Shown here one piece after another: positions 1 through 11,500 of a stretch of 64,000 nucleotides of DNA. Location of the stretch: contig JAGIQG010000043.1 of the NCBI GenBank assembly GCA_024679065.1, positions 1,674,001 through 1,738,000 on the forward strand, read 5' to 3'. Both the position numbers and the translations under genes were made by a program. This stretch comes from Sphyrna mokarran (lineage: Eukaryota). The notes below the pieces were generated by a model. It worked only from the letters and a program-made list of their open reading frames with translations. It was not told the DNA's origin and did no database searches. Position 1 is the first letter of the stretch. Each line of letters begins with the position of its first letter.

Positions 1-1340
1 CACCGGTACCCCACAAGGCTGTGTTGTCAACCCCTTTACTATGCTCCCTGTGCACCGATGAGTGTGTGACCAAATTTCTCTCCAACTCAACTGATTCAGA
101 CAGGGTTAAAAAATGGGATATTTAAAAAGAAACAAGGAGGCAGGGGAAAATACTGCAAGAAGATATTTCTACTGTTTTAAAATCAGCGGCAAGGTAGTAC
201 AGTGGTTAGCACTGCTGCTTCACATCTCCAAGGACCTGAGTTCGATTCCCGGCTCGGGTCACTGTCTGTGTGGAGATTGCACATTCTCCTCGTTTCTGCG
301 TGCGTTTCCTCCGGGTGCTCCGGTTTCCTCCCAGTCCAAGGATGTGTAGGTTAGGTTGATTGGCTATGCTAAAGTTGTCCCTTAGTATACGAAGATGCTT
401 AGGTTAGAGAGATTAGCGGGTAAAATATGTAGATATGTGGGTGGGATTATGGTGGGTGCAGACTCAATGGGCCCAAGGACCTCTTTCTGCACTGTAGGAT
501 TCTATGATTCAGAATTCGATTTTCAAATTTGCTGATGGCACCACCATATTGGATTAATCTCTAAAAATGATGAGACAGAATTTGGGAATCAGATAGCAAA
601 TTTAGTGAACTGATACGGCAACAGTAATCTCTCCCTCAATGTCAACAAAACAAAGGAGATATTTATCCATTCCAGGAAGCATAAAGGAGAACATTTTCCT
701 TTCTACATGAACGGAGACGAAGCATAAAGAGTAAACACACTCGAGTTTTACATTTTCAGATCATCTACAACATATCCTGGTCCCCCATGTCTGCACTATT
801 GTTACGAAAGTCCACAATGCCTACTTTGTCAAAAGACAAAAGAAATTTGGTATGCCAGCTATGACTTTCAGAAACCTTTACAGATGCAGCATAGAAAACA
901 TTCTTTCTGATTGTATCACAGCTTGGTATGGGCTCCTGCTCTGCCCAAGACCGCAAGGAACTACAGAAGATAGTAATGTAGCCCAATAGAACATAGAACA
1001 TAGAACATTACAGCGCAGTACAGGCCCTTCGGCCCTCGATGTTGCGCCGGCCAGTGGACCCTCTAACCTAAACTATTCCAAAATCATCCATATGCCTATC
1101 CACCGAACATTTGAATGCCCCCAAAGTAGGCGATCGATCACACAAACCAGCCTCCCATCCACAAACTCTGTCTACCCTTCCCACTGCCTCGGCAAAGCAG
1201 CCAACATAATTAAAGACCGCACACACCCCACACATTCTCTCTTCCAACTTCCTCCGTCGGACAAAAGATACAGAAGTCTGAGGTCACATACCAACCAACT
1301 CAAGAACAGTTTCTTCCCTGTAGTTGTCAGACTTTTACAA
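1..1340 (+). mobile_element. Decayed Rex1/Babar-like LINE RT 3' part, interrupted by a SINE and a CR1 tail
   Basis: PQGCV..PL, KFAD-like and LKNSFFP motifs in broken frames. Confidence 0.6.
186..510 (+). mobile_element. HE1-like tRNA-derived V-SINE
   Basis: Head CAGTGGTTAGCACTGCTG with B-box GTTCGATTCC, V-core, and a tail ending CACTGTAGGATTCTATGATT. About 20 further copies lie near 7485, 8180, 11175, 11410, 16645, 21420, 23760, 23875, 27345, 30520, 40330, 41275, 42825, 51100, 51650, 54555, 58305, 61678, 62248, 62925 and 63720. Confidence 0.85.
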
Positions 1341-1803
1341 AGAACAAAGAGCAAAAGAACACGGGAAACAGCTCTTTGGCCCAATGAGCCCGCGCCACCA
1401 CTTCTACCCGTGATCCCTGTCTATGTTTATAATCTATGGATTGAAACCAAATTTGAGACAATTTAGGGAGAATTTGTTCTGCCAATCAGCTTAAGAGCAC
1501 ATCTTTGGGATGTGGGAGGAAACCGGAGCATCCGGAGAAAACCCGCGCAAGCACAGAGAGAATGTACAAACTCCCACAGATTTAGGCCCAAATCCATGTA
1601 CCTGCACAGCACAGCGATAGACACTGAGCTCTCGTGTTGCCCAAATAATGGTCCAGGTCAAGCGTACACCAACGACGTGAAACATTAGGGTACTCTTGAA
1701 AAATTCAAGAGCAGCTCTCTCATAACCCATCACGTGTACGCCCCTTGTTAGACAACAAGGCAGACCAAAGCCCCCATAGGATAAAAACAAATACATCAAT
1801 ATT
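1340..1803 (-). mobile_element. About 470-bp V-SINE-core element with a 5' extension (CR1 3'UTR-related)
   Basis: Reverse complement of the element at 1960-2440. Confidence 0.8.
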
Positions 1804-1959
1804 GAAGGGACTTGAATGGACTTAACCTTGCATTACTGTGATTTTTTTTGCACCCTAACTATGCTTGAAAAATTAAAATCTGCACTCTCGTTTCCTTCTT
1901 TATGAACAGTATATTTGTCTGTATAGCGCGAAAGTTCGAATACTTTTCACTGTGTGGGA

Positions 1960-2440
1960 TATTGATGTACTTGTTTTTATTCTACAGGTGCTTTGGTCCG
2001 CCTTGTTGTCTAACAAGGGGCATACAAGCGATGGGTCGTGACAAGACGGCTCTTGGATTTTTCGAGAGTATCCTAGTGCTTCATGTTGTTAGTGTACGCT
2101 TGACCTGGACCATTTGATGGGCAACACGACAGTTCAGTGACTATCGCTGTGCTGTGCAGATGCATGGATGTGGCCCTGTGTCTGTGAGAGTTTGCACATT
2201 CTCCCCGTGCTTGCATGGGTTTTCTCCGGGTGCTCCGTATCCTCCCACATCCCAAAAATGTGCTCTCAGGCTAATTGGCAAAACAAATTCTCCGTAAATT
2301 TTCCCAAATTTGGTTTTTATTCCATAAATCTATGAACATAGATAGGGATCACGGGTAGAGGTGGGAAAATCGGGGTGGCGTCGCGGGCTCGTTGGGCCGA
2401 AGGGCCTGTTTCCCGTGCTGTTTTGTTTTTTGTTCTTTGT
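1960..2440 (+). mobile_element. About 470-bp V-SINE-core element with a 5' extension (CR1 3'UTR-related)
   Basis: Starts ATTGATGTA, contains the V-core, ends in a CR1-type GGGCCGAAGGGCCTGT plus (TTCTTTG)n tail. Confidence 0.8.
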
Positions 2441-3494
2441 TGAATACTGGTGGCAATAATAATTCAAATCTGATCTTTTTTTTTTAATGGTGGCATTGAA
2501 ACAGTCACATCTCAGAGAAGTAAAACTGCCTAACAGATGTATTGATGAATTCTTTGTTCTTTGAATGTATCTTGCGATCGTTTTTGATCAACCGCAAATG
2601 GTTCACTCTTTCAACATGAAATCCCTATTATAGAAATTTATTATTGGCTTAATTTTCCACTTGACTTACTGGCTCTGTGGTTCTAACATTGCAAACGTGC
2701 TACACTAAACGAGGAGTGACAAAGACACCAACAGCAAACAGACGCAACAACACCCAAAATTATACCAAACCCAGAGTGATGCAAAGGTGGTGGGTGTGGT
2801 AACATAGCAGATCAGAAGTCATGAAGAAAATGCACGATTTGCAGAGACTGCGTACTGCAATTAAAAAAAGTGATGCACCGGAACCTTCAGATGCCCAATT
2901 TTGAATTGTATCCCAGTGTTTGCTGCTTATTGATTAAAACCCATGCGTAGCTCAGTCTGTAATGTTCAATATCTTCTGAATCGTGCTAATCATGCGCTAA
3001 GATTGACACAAACTGTAGGGAAAAGGCTATACTGTTGATTTCAGCAACATCTGTGACATTCGAATAGGCACAGGGAATGCCAGAGCGCTGCATTGAATTA
3101 ATTCCAAACACTCAACTATATTCTGTTCTAAGCAAAGATGAATGCGTTGAAAAAAAAATTAGAAAAGATGAAAATATTTTCGCAACAGTATCATTGTGCG
3201 TTTCTCCTTTCTCTTGATTAGCGAGATGTGGGCCTTGTACTCCTTGCTGATCGCTGTATTTCACAACGGGTCCGGGTGCTTTTTGGCGCCGCCGTTTTGG
3301 CGCCGATGTTATGTCACCGCCGTTTTGGCGCTAATTGTTTTGGCGCCCTTCGTTTTGGCGGTAATAGTTTTGGCGCCAAAATTGAAATTAAAGCATGGAA
3401 TAAATGGATTAAATTAAACTATGATAAAAATGCGAAACCTTTATTCTGGCATTTATGTAAAAGAAAAAGAAAACAATAATTAAAACTCAGTAAT

Positions 3495-4895
3495 TTAATA
3501 TATTTCGTAATTGTAGGCTATACCACGCAAATATTCTAATGGCTCCCTCTCATCAAACTGGCGCACAATATTTAAAATGCGCTCGTCGGCTTTCACATAC
3601 TTAAGAAGTTTTTGTTTTGGAGCATGGCCAGCAACCAATTGTTCATAATATACATCTCGGTCCTTTTGAATTTTTCTCAGTCCATCAATAAATTTCCATA
3701 TAATGGGGTGGTGAACTCCTAATTCCGCATATATTTTTCTGTGTGATGCTTTTGCGTGATTGTTAGTTCGGTCCTCTCCAGCGATTGTACGATTATACTG
3801 GTTCCACATCTCTGAAGGAAAAAGAGGGGGCCGCCTGCCATTGCCTCTTCTCATTACTCGTCCTACATAATTATCTTCAAATCAGTTAAGCAGTGATTGA
3901 AGTTCTAACGGCAAGTCTTCTGACAGGATATCGATGTAGTTATCCAAGTAACAAACAGGCACAAAGCATAAGGCTGTGATCATTTTAGCTCTTAAAGCAA
4001 ATTCGGAATTATTGTTTTATATAACCTGGTGCCCAATCTGTTTAAGATGCTTATGCACGTTATTAGCTAAATGGAAGAAACATCCTTGTATAATTACACC
4101 TGGAAAACATTCTTCCATTGCAGAAATAGCTGCCTTTTCAAAGTCACAAGAAATTTTTCTTGGATCTAATCCAGGGATTGCGTCGTTAACCATCTGAACA
4201 TATGTTGCACGCCTTTTATTTGGTAATAAGTTGTATAAAACTGGATGAACTCCTCCATGCCTTCTTCCCATAATTACGTAAACCTGTGTAAATAACGGAG
4301 GAGCTAATTTAAAGGTCCCATCAACATACCACACTTCAGAATCTAATAAAAACATAGTCCAGCTCTGTCTCCCAAAAATTAAAATTCTATCATCTTCATG
4401 ACCACTGTCAGCTATTAAAAAGTTCTCACGTTCACTATTGTTCTTCATATAATGTTTGTAATCGTCGGGGATCACTAATTCACGAACATAAACAGGATTT
4501 GGAGCAACGAGGTTCATTTGATTTCTTCTTCTCCTTACAATTTGCTTAATTGCGTCTGAATTTGGAAGTGCTCCTTGAGCGGCTTGAGAAATATTTTCGG
4601 TACAAGAACTTATAATTGCCGATGGTTGATCTTGACTCTCTCCAGCCCGACGTTTTACACTTGTTTTAATTTCAGCTACTTCTACGCTTGCTGCTGAAGC
4701 AGCATGAGAATGCTCGTTTGTTTCCTTTATCCCTACATTGTTTTTAGTGTGTATACGGGCTTTGCACTCGTTCCTGTTTTCACACCTCCAAAACTTCATC
4801 AAAGGGACCTTCTTGCTATGCTTGTCGAACACACATAGATATCCATTGTGAGAAAATTTTGGTTTGTCTTTCTTACTTAAAATAGTTACAGCCAT
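3495..4895 (-). pseudogene. MULE transposase (FLYWCH + DDE), inactivated
   Basis: One reading frame of 466 codons with in-frame stops at 4017-4019 and 3882-3884. Motifs: WRC..CKARIHT..HSH, YVDGTFK, CDFEKA, GCFFH, and RTNNHAK with K where the catalytic E is expected. Confidence 0.88.
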
Positions 4896-5043
4896 TTCTG
4901 TAGATGGGTTCGACTCAACTAATTTTAAAAATGTTCACATTATAAAGAAAAAGGTTTAAGAAAAGCATTAACTATTTACTTAACAAGGTGATTAGTACTA
5001 ACTAGGCAGTTCCTATACTCTAAATAACTAGGTGATTAACTAG

Positions 5044-5087
5044 GTTAATACCTATTCGTATAGGTACCTATACGAATAGGTATTAAC
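5044..5087. repeat. 44-bp perfect palindrome inside the MULE 5' subterminal region
   Basis: GTTAATACCTATTCGTATAGGT|ACCTATACGAATAGGTATTAAC. Confidence 0.95.
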
Positions 5088-5199
5088 AAATTAGCACCAA
5101 AACGAATTAGCGCCAAAACAAATTAGCGCCAAAACGAAGGCACCATAAAATCGGAGCCAAAACGGTGGCGCCAAATGGTACCATTCCCTTCACAACAAC

Positions 5200-5620
5200 T
5201 TTCTCCCACAACTGCATAACCGCCACCAACCCACGGTCCTACCAGCCCTCCAGAAACAATATCACCCCCCCACCACCACCACCATCACTACCCCCACCCA
5301 TCACCATTACCCCCACCATTTCCACCTCGCAGTCACCACTCTCGCCACCACACACCCCACCACCACCACCACCACTTCCCCTCCACCACCACCACCCCCA
5401 CCCTCGCCACCACCACCATCCTCTCCCCCAACCACCACCCCCATCCTCCTTCAGCACCATTACCCCCACCCCCACCATCACCAACTCGCACCCTCACCAC
5501 CACCACCACCTACACCACCCCCACTCTCACCACCCCCACTACCACCTCCACCACCCCCACTACCACCTCCACCACCCCCACCCCCAACACCACCACCTCC
5601 ACCCCCACCACAACCGCCAT
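5200..5620. repeat. (CAC/CCA)n low-complexity tract
   Basis: Degenerate CAC triplets; source of the spurious His/Pro- and Gly-rich ORFs. Confidence 0.9.
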
Positions 5621-8582
5621 TAACCCAACAATGTATTTCTTTCTTTGTCCTGAGTTCATCTAGTTTCTCCATCAACTGCGACTCTGCTGTTTGGCGCATT
5701 GTGGGACCTACTTCCACACTATACCCACCCACTGTGTAAAGTGGTTCCTCCTAAATTCACTGTTACTTTTTTTATAGTGTTTGTGGCTTTTCCTATTAAC
5801 TCCACGCAAATGGAAATAAACCACCTCCCTCTACTCTACCGAATTCGTTCATAACCTTAACATTCCCCATCCTGGATCCTCCACCTTGTCTTACCAGGTG
5901 GGCAGAAGACCGATAATTCAATGCTTGTTCTGATTGTTATAACTCTTAAACTTGTTCCATCCATGCTCTGACCCAAGCCAACATTTGTGTGTGGTGTTCT
6001 TTCACACTGCGTTTTCAGACACCCAGGACCACACAGGTAACTCAACAGGCGTGGAATACCTTTAAATCAGGTTCATTCCCCCTATAATTCTTGAGTTAAT
6101 GTTGAGGCAAAAAGAAAAATACTATAGGTGCTGGAATCTTAAACAAGAGAAGAAAAATGGTCTGACAGCATCTGCAGGGAGAGAACATAGCGAACATTTC
6201 GAATCTAGATGACTCTTCATTGGAGCAAATGAGGAAATATTTTTGAAACATACTTGTAGTTACTGATCTATTTCCCCCCCGGGGCGAGGGAGAGGGGGTA
6301 ACATACACTAGGGGACCGCGTAAGAGTGCTTTCATTGTCTCCAAAACCCAAAGTCCAACCATAGAAACCGGTGAATCCCTCATTACCAACTAGAAGCAAT
6401 GTTAAGTGTATCACTCGCGGGTCATTATCAGCTTCATGTCAACTAGTCTCAGTGTGGATCGATGATTCAGTTGCAACGCAGAAATCTATGGAGGCATTCC
6501 AACACTAGGGAATGCTGCGGAGGACAGGGAAATTGGGCTAAGTCGTATAGATCAAATTAATGAATCTTGTCCATTTTCTGGAGTAAAGCCCTACCAATTT
6601 CGCCTCACGACCATGTGTCGATGTATTTATTTGTTTAGTAGTCTAAATATTCGGACCAACAAGAGAGGCTTCCAACTTCAATTGACTTGGCATCTGTTTG
6701 CATTTTACCAGAGCTTAATAAAGTGAATTGAACTTTATTAGTCACAAGTAAGGCTTACATTGATATTATAATGAATTCGTTGTAAAAATCCTCAAGCCGC
6801 TAAACTCCTGTTTGAATCAATGCACCTAACCTGCAGAATGCGGGAGTGAAACAGAGCACCTGGAGGATTCCCACGCAGACACGGGAAGAACATACAAATT
6901 CTACACAGACACTGAGGGGCATTTTTTTAGTATGGTCAATCAACGTAATCTGCACATCTTTGAACTGTTGGAGGACACTAGAACACCCAGACAGACACGA
7001 GGAGAGTATGCAACCTCCATACAGACAGTGATCCAAGCCGGGAATTGAATCTGGAGCTGTAGAGTAGCAGGCATAACCACTATTCTATTGTGCCGCCTCT
7101 TGATATGCTCGGAGCTCACTCAGCCTTTGCCATTAACCATGCAGTTGCTGACATGATAGGTCATGACTGATTTCACAACAACCTCTCATTTTTTGTCCCG
7201 ACAACAGTGAATGCCATTGTGCTTCCATTGCTGCCTTCAATTCACACTCAAGCATTTGGAAGGGCTACAGTGACTATTATTCCTGGGCAATGAATAGAAA
7301 CCAGATCATCATAACTCTGATCAGTAGCTGAACTGCCATTTACCTCATTTTATAGAACAAATACAACACAACGCTAACTTAGATTGATGTACTTTTCACG
7401 GGCTGCGGTCTCTCTAGATAAGTCAGCAGTTTTTGCCCAATTGATACTGCAGATAGGATCACAAAGTTGGGGGCGGGGGGTGCGGGTTGGCAAGGTGGCA
7501 CAGTGGTTAGCATTGCTGCCTCATAGCGTTAGAGGACAGGTTCAGTTCCCGGCTTGGGTCACTGCCTGTATGCAATTTGCAAATTCTCTCCATGTATGCC
7601 TGGGTTTCCTCTGGGTGCTACAATTTCTTCCCACAGTCCAACGATGTACGGGTTAGGTTGGCTGGCCATGCTAAATTGCCCCTTAGAGTCAGAGGGACTA
7701 GCTAAAGTAAACGCATATGGTCCTGGGAATAAGGTCTGCGTGGATAGCGGTCGATGCAAACTCGATGGGCCAAATGGTCTCCTTCTGAACTGAATGATTC
7801 TGTGAAATCATTCTAGGAAATGCAGTCAGGGTTCCTGATTGGCTGAAGCATTTTTATCTTCGCAGTCCAAAATCCATGATTGGATCAGATATTAGTCACT
7901 GGCCAGAGCCTCTGATTTGGTGACGGTGCTGTCAGTCAAAAGGAGTATCATCTCATTGGCTAAAGTGACTCAGTCAATCAGAGTCGTGTTTCAGGCTGAT
8001 TTGCTTTTGAAGTTGGCCATCTATAAGTGGAGCTACCTGAGTGACTGATCCTGATGTTAATCAGTGGGTGTGCTGCCTAATTTGCTGATGTGCCTGTCAG
8101 CCTGAAACACAACTCTGATTGGCTGAATGTTATTACTGATGGAATTGTCTGCCTGTTCGCGGGAAGGACTCAACACTTGGCTGATGAATTTGTATTGAAT
8201 CATTGAATCATGACAGTGCGGAAGAAGACAATTTTGCTTGTAGAAGTACTGACAACAATCCCATCCAGGTACTATTTCCATAACTCCTCGTATTTGTCCT
8301 GCTAATCCCCTTGACAGTAGGATTAATACAGCGTTGATATTCAACCTAATCCATCCTTTATTGGACTGCAGGAGGAAACCAAAGCACACGGACAAAACCC
8401 CCAATGACGCAAATGGAATATGCAAACACTACAGAGTGACCTGAGATGAGAATTGAAGTGAGTCCCTGGCATTGTAAGGCAGCAGTACTGACCACTGTGC
8501 CACCATATCAATAAATGGCTGGAGGTCCACACTACCTGAATTGGATGTTAGCAATCAGACCCCATCTCTTATTTGTTATATA

Positions 8583-11500
8583 TCAGCTGTGTTTATTAAT
8601 TAATTGAATAATTGATGTCACTGGATATTTCACTGTGATCTTGATCTGCTCCCTGAATTTCGACTGAGTCACTGCATAAATAAATGTATTTGTGCAGCAA
8701 CTTAAACTAAGCAGCATATATCCAACCCGCTGAAATATAATTTCCGAATTGTTAAGGATTAATAATCCTCTTGCATCTGCATAGAAAAACTTTATTACAA
8801 ACGGAGACCAAAGAAGAATGAAAGTTCCAGATATACTGAAGAGTAATATCATTGACTTCCTTCTGCTGTGCATCTCTGGGTCATTCCGAATCTCTCCCTT
8901 ACTGTGAGCCCTGAATCTCTTACGTAATCGACTGGTCACTAAGATATGTTGCACTGTCAGAGTGTTGATCAAAAGAATTAAACTGAATGGGAGTAATGGA
9001 GTTAAAATCTGTTTAAACCTATCAAATCCAATCCAAACTGGATCAGTCCAATAGTTCGCTTTTGTTTTGCAAAACCACGGGATGTTGTTAATTACCTCTC
9101 TAGGTTCCCATGTAAGGAAACGAGGGATGTTTTTGGCACACAGCAGGGTGCCGATTGTTGCCAGGACCACAGCTGCAGTTTTCCCAGTGCAGTATTTACT
9201 TTTCAGTTTCTGACAACTAATGGCTACAAATCGATCAAGGGAGAAAGCAATGGTGAACCAGACAGAACAGTCTGTAGCTGAAGACAGCAGGAAATATTTA
9301 ACCCCACACAGAGTGGTGAGATCCAGTAAACTCCACTGGAAATAAAAAAAAGTGATTTGCGTCAGTATGGGGTTTGTGATAATGAAGAGGAGATCCGCCA
9401 TTGCCATGGCAACCAGGTACCGAGTAGTGCAATTGGAGAGTCCACATTTCCCCCGGCACAGGATCACAATTCCAAGTAAATTAGCTGTCAGAGAGAGAAG
9501 GGAGAAGAAATGGAAAAATAATGCATGAACATTATCCTTGTTAGAACCAGGCAGTAAAGACAGAATTTCAGTATCAAAACAATGGAAAGGGAATTGGTCT
9601 GGATGGGGGAGTCACGCAACGTGTAGGGAAAGAGAACAAATATTGCAGAATATGAAGCAGCAAATCTCAAACCAGTGTTTCATAAAAGAATAAAATTAAA
9701 CTTGTGAATCACACACCTGTAGATTTGATGGCGGCATTTGATATTTCAAATATAGTTTTGTGAGGTTATGTTGCTCATTTAATCTGATTTATCGGATTAA
9801 CTCTGACTGACTTGGTTTCTTAAACTTAACACAAGTACAACAGCGATTAGTAATAGGCCCTTCATTTTACCTCCTGCACTATTATTGAACCCTATCACAT
9901 GACAGACTACTTCCTGGTATGGATGGCTTCCTGGTATGGATGGCTTCTGGATTATTGGAACCCTCTATGATAATTGGAACATTCAAACACTTCCTGGAAC
10001 TCAGCAGTTCATAATCATGTGTGCATTCGATTCTGCACACTGTCTGGAATTTTCCCAGGAAAATTCCCAGTGTTGTGACTCCATCCACTTTCTGACTACC
10101 GAAGAAACAACCTTTTTCAGGCCTAGACCCGTGCAAACTTTGAAGACTCCAGATTGGATGTTCTTCCAATGAATTGATTCACACAAAATAAACACCACCT
10201 CCCGAACAGAAATCTCTCAGGCATAGATTCTCTCGATTTTAACAACTTCCTATGCACACATATCCCAGGAAAAGACATTCAAATGTGTGAGACCCATTCC
10301 AGGCCAAACCAATCTCATGCAACAGACGAGCTCTGGTTTTCAAACATTCCCTGCAATTACTCTTCCAAGCAATACATTTCTCTGTGTCTTAGAGAGATGC
10401 CAGGCCATGTAGTTCCAGGAATAGTCCATGTGGAATCTCAGTTAGGTGCACGATTTTCGAGAGCATGCATATTCTTGGTTTGGGGTCTAACTCTACCCAG
10501 AATTAGTCACACTTCAAGTTCCACCATTAACTCTCTCTCCAGCAATATACAATTCTCAGGTTTTGAACATTCCCATTTCACACGATTCCCAGAAATAAAT
10601 CATCTTCACGTTTTGAAACAATGCTGGGCAGGCTGCACCCAGTAATATTCCCACTCCAGCATTGGATATTATGACAGTTCAGTTGACAGGAATACACTAA
10701 CTGCAGATTCCGACAGATCACACTCTTACCGGGAGTAGACATTCTCACTTCAATAACGAATTATAATCTCGCAAGGTCGATATGTCAATTTTAAATGAAT
10801 TTCCCGACGAGTAAATATCAGGTACTGCTTTTTGACGAGACCACTAATCTCCTAATCACTCCTTGGATGCATATTGTCTAATTGAATTCGAGGATTGTTT
10901 GAGGTTCGACTGAATAGATTCACAAATCACCGAAACTATCAACACGGTTCAAAAAGCCCATGAAAAATCGAGCAAGAAGCACTAAGAGATGTATCCCAAA
11001 ATCTTTTAGAATACTGTCTGAAAGTTATTCATTATGTGTTTGGTAGGAGCAGTTCAAGGAAAAGAAGAGACATCACAGATTATTGCCTGCTATACCATAA
11101 AGCTGACATTAACACTGTGATGAAGTTACGTGAAATTTCCCTCGACGCCACAATCCGACGCCTGTTCGGGTCAATGCAGTGGTTTCCTCCAGATGCTCCG
11201 GTTTCCTCCCACTGTCCAAAAATGTACGGGTTAGGTCAATTGGTCATGCTAATATTGCCGCTTAGTGTCCTGGGATGTGTAGATTAGAGGGATTAGCCAG
11301 TAAACGTGTAGGGATATAGGGATAAGTCTGGGTGGGATTCTGGTCTCGATGCAGACTGGTACAGACTCGATAGGCTGAAGTGCCTCCTTCTGCACTGTAG
11401 GATTCTAAGTCCTAATGCAAATGTGGGAGGTAACTGGGGCACCTAGAGGAAACCCACGCAGAAATGGGGAGAACGTGCAAACTCCACATGCATAGTGACC

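Larger units (their letters stand above)
3268..5188 (-). mobile_element. Complete Mutator/MULE (FLYWCH-MULE, Phantom-like) DNA transposon
   Basis: GGG...CCC termini and imperfect TIRs of about 100 bp built of TTTTGGCGC repeats. The 8-bp TSD TTCACAAC is at 3260-3267 and 5189-5196. Confidence 0.9.

Noticed and set aside
186-270. tRNA-like sequences with A/B boxes as tRNA genes
   Set aside because: They are SINE heads, each followed by the V-core and a LINE-like tail.
5165-5732. His/Pro-rich and Gly-rich ORFs
   Set aside because: They are translations of a (CAC)n low-complexity tract next to the transposon end, with no gene structure.
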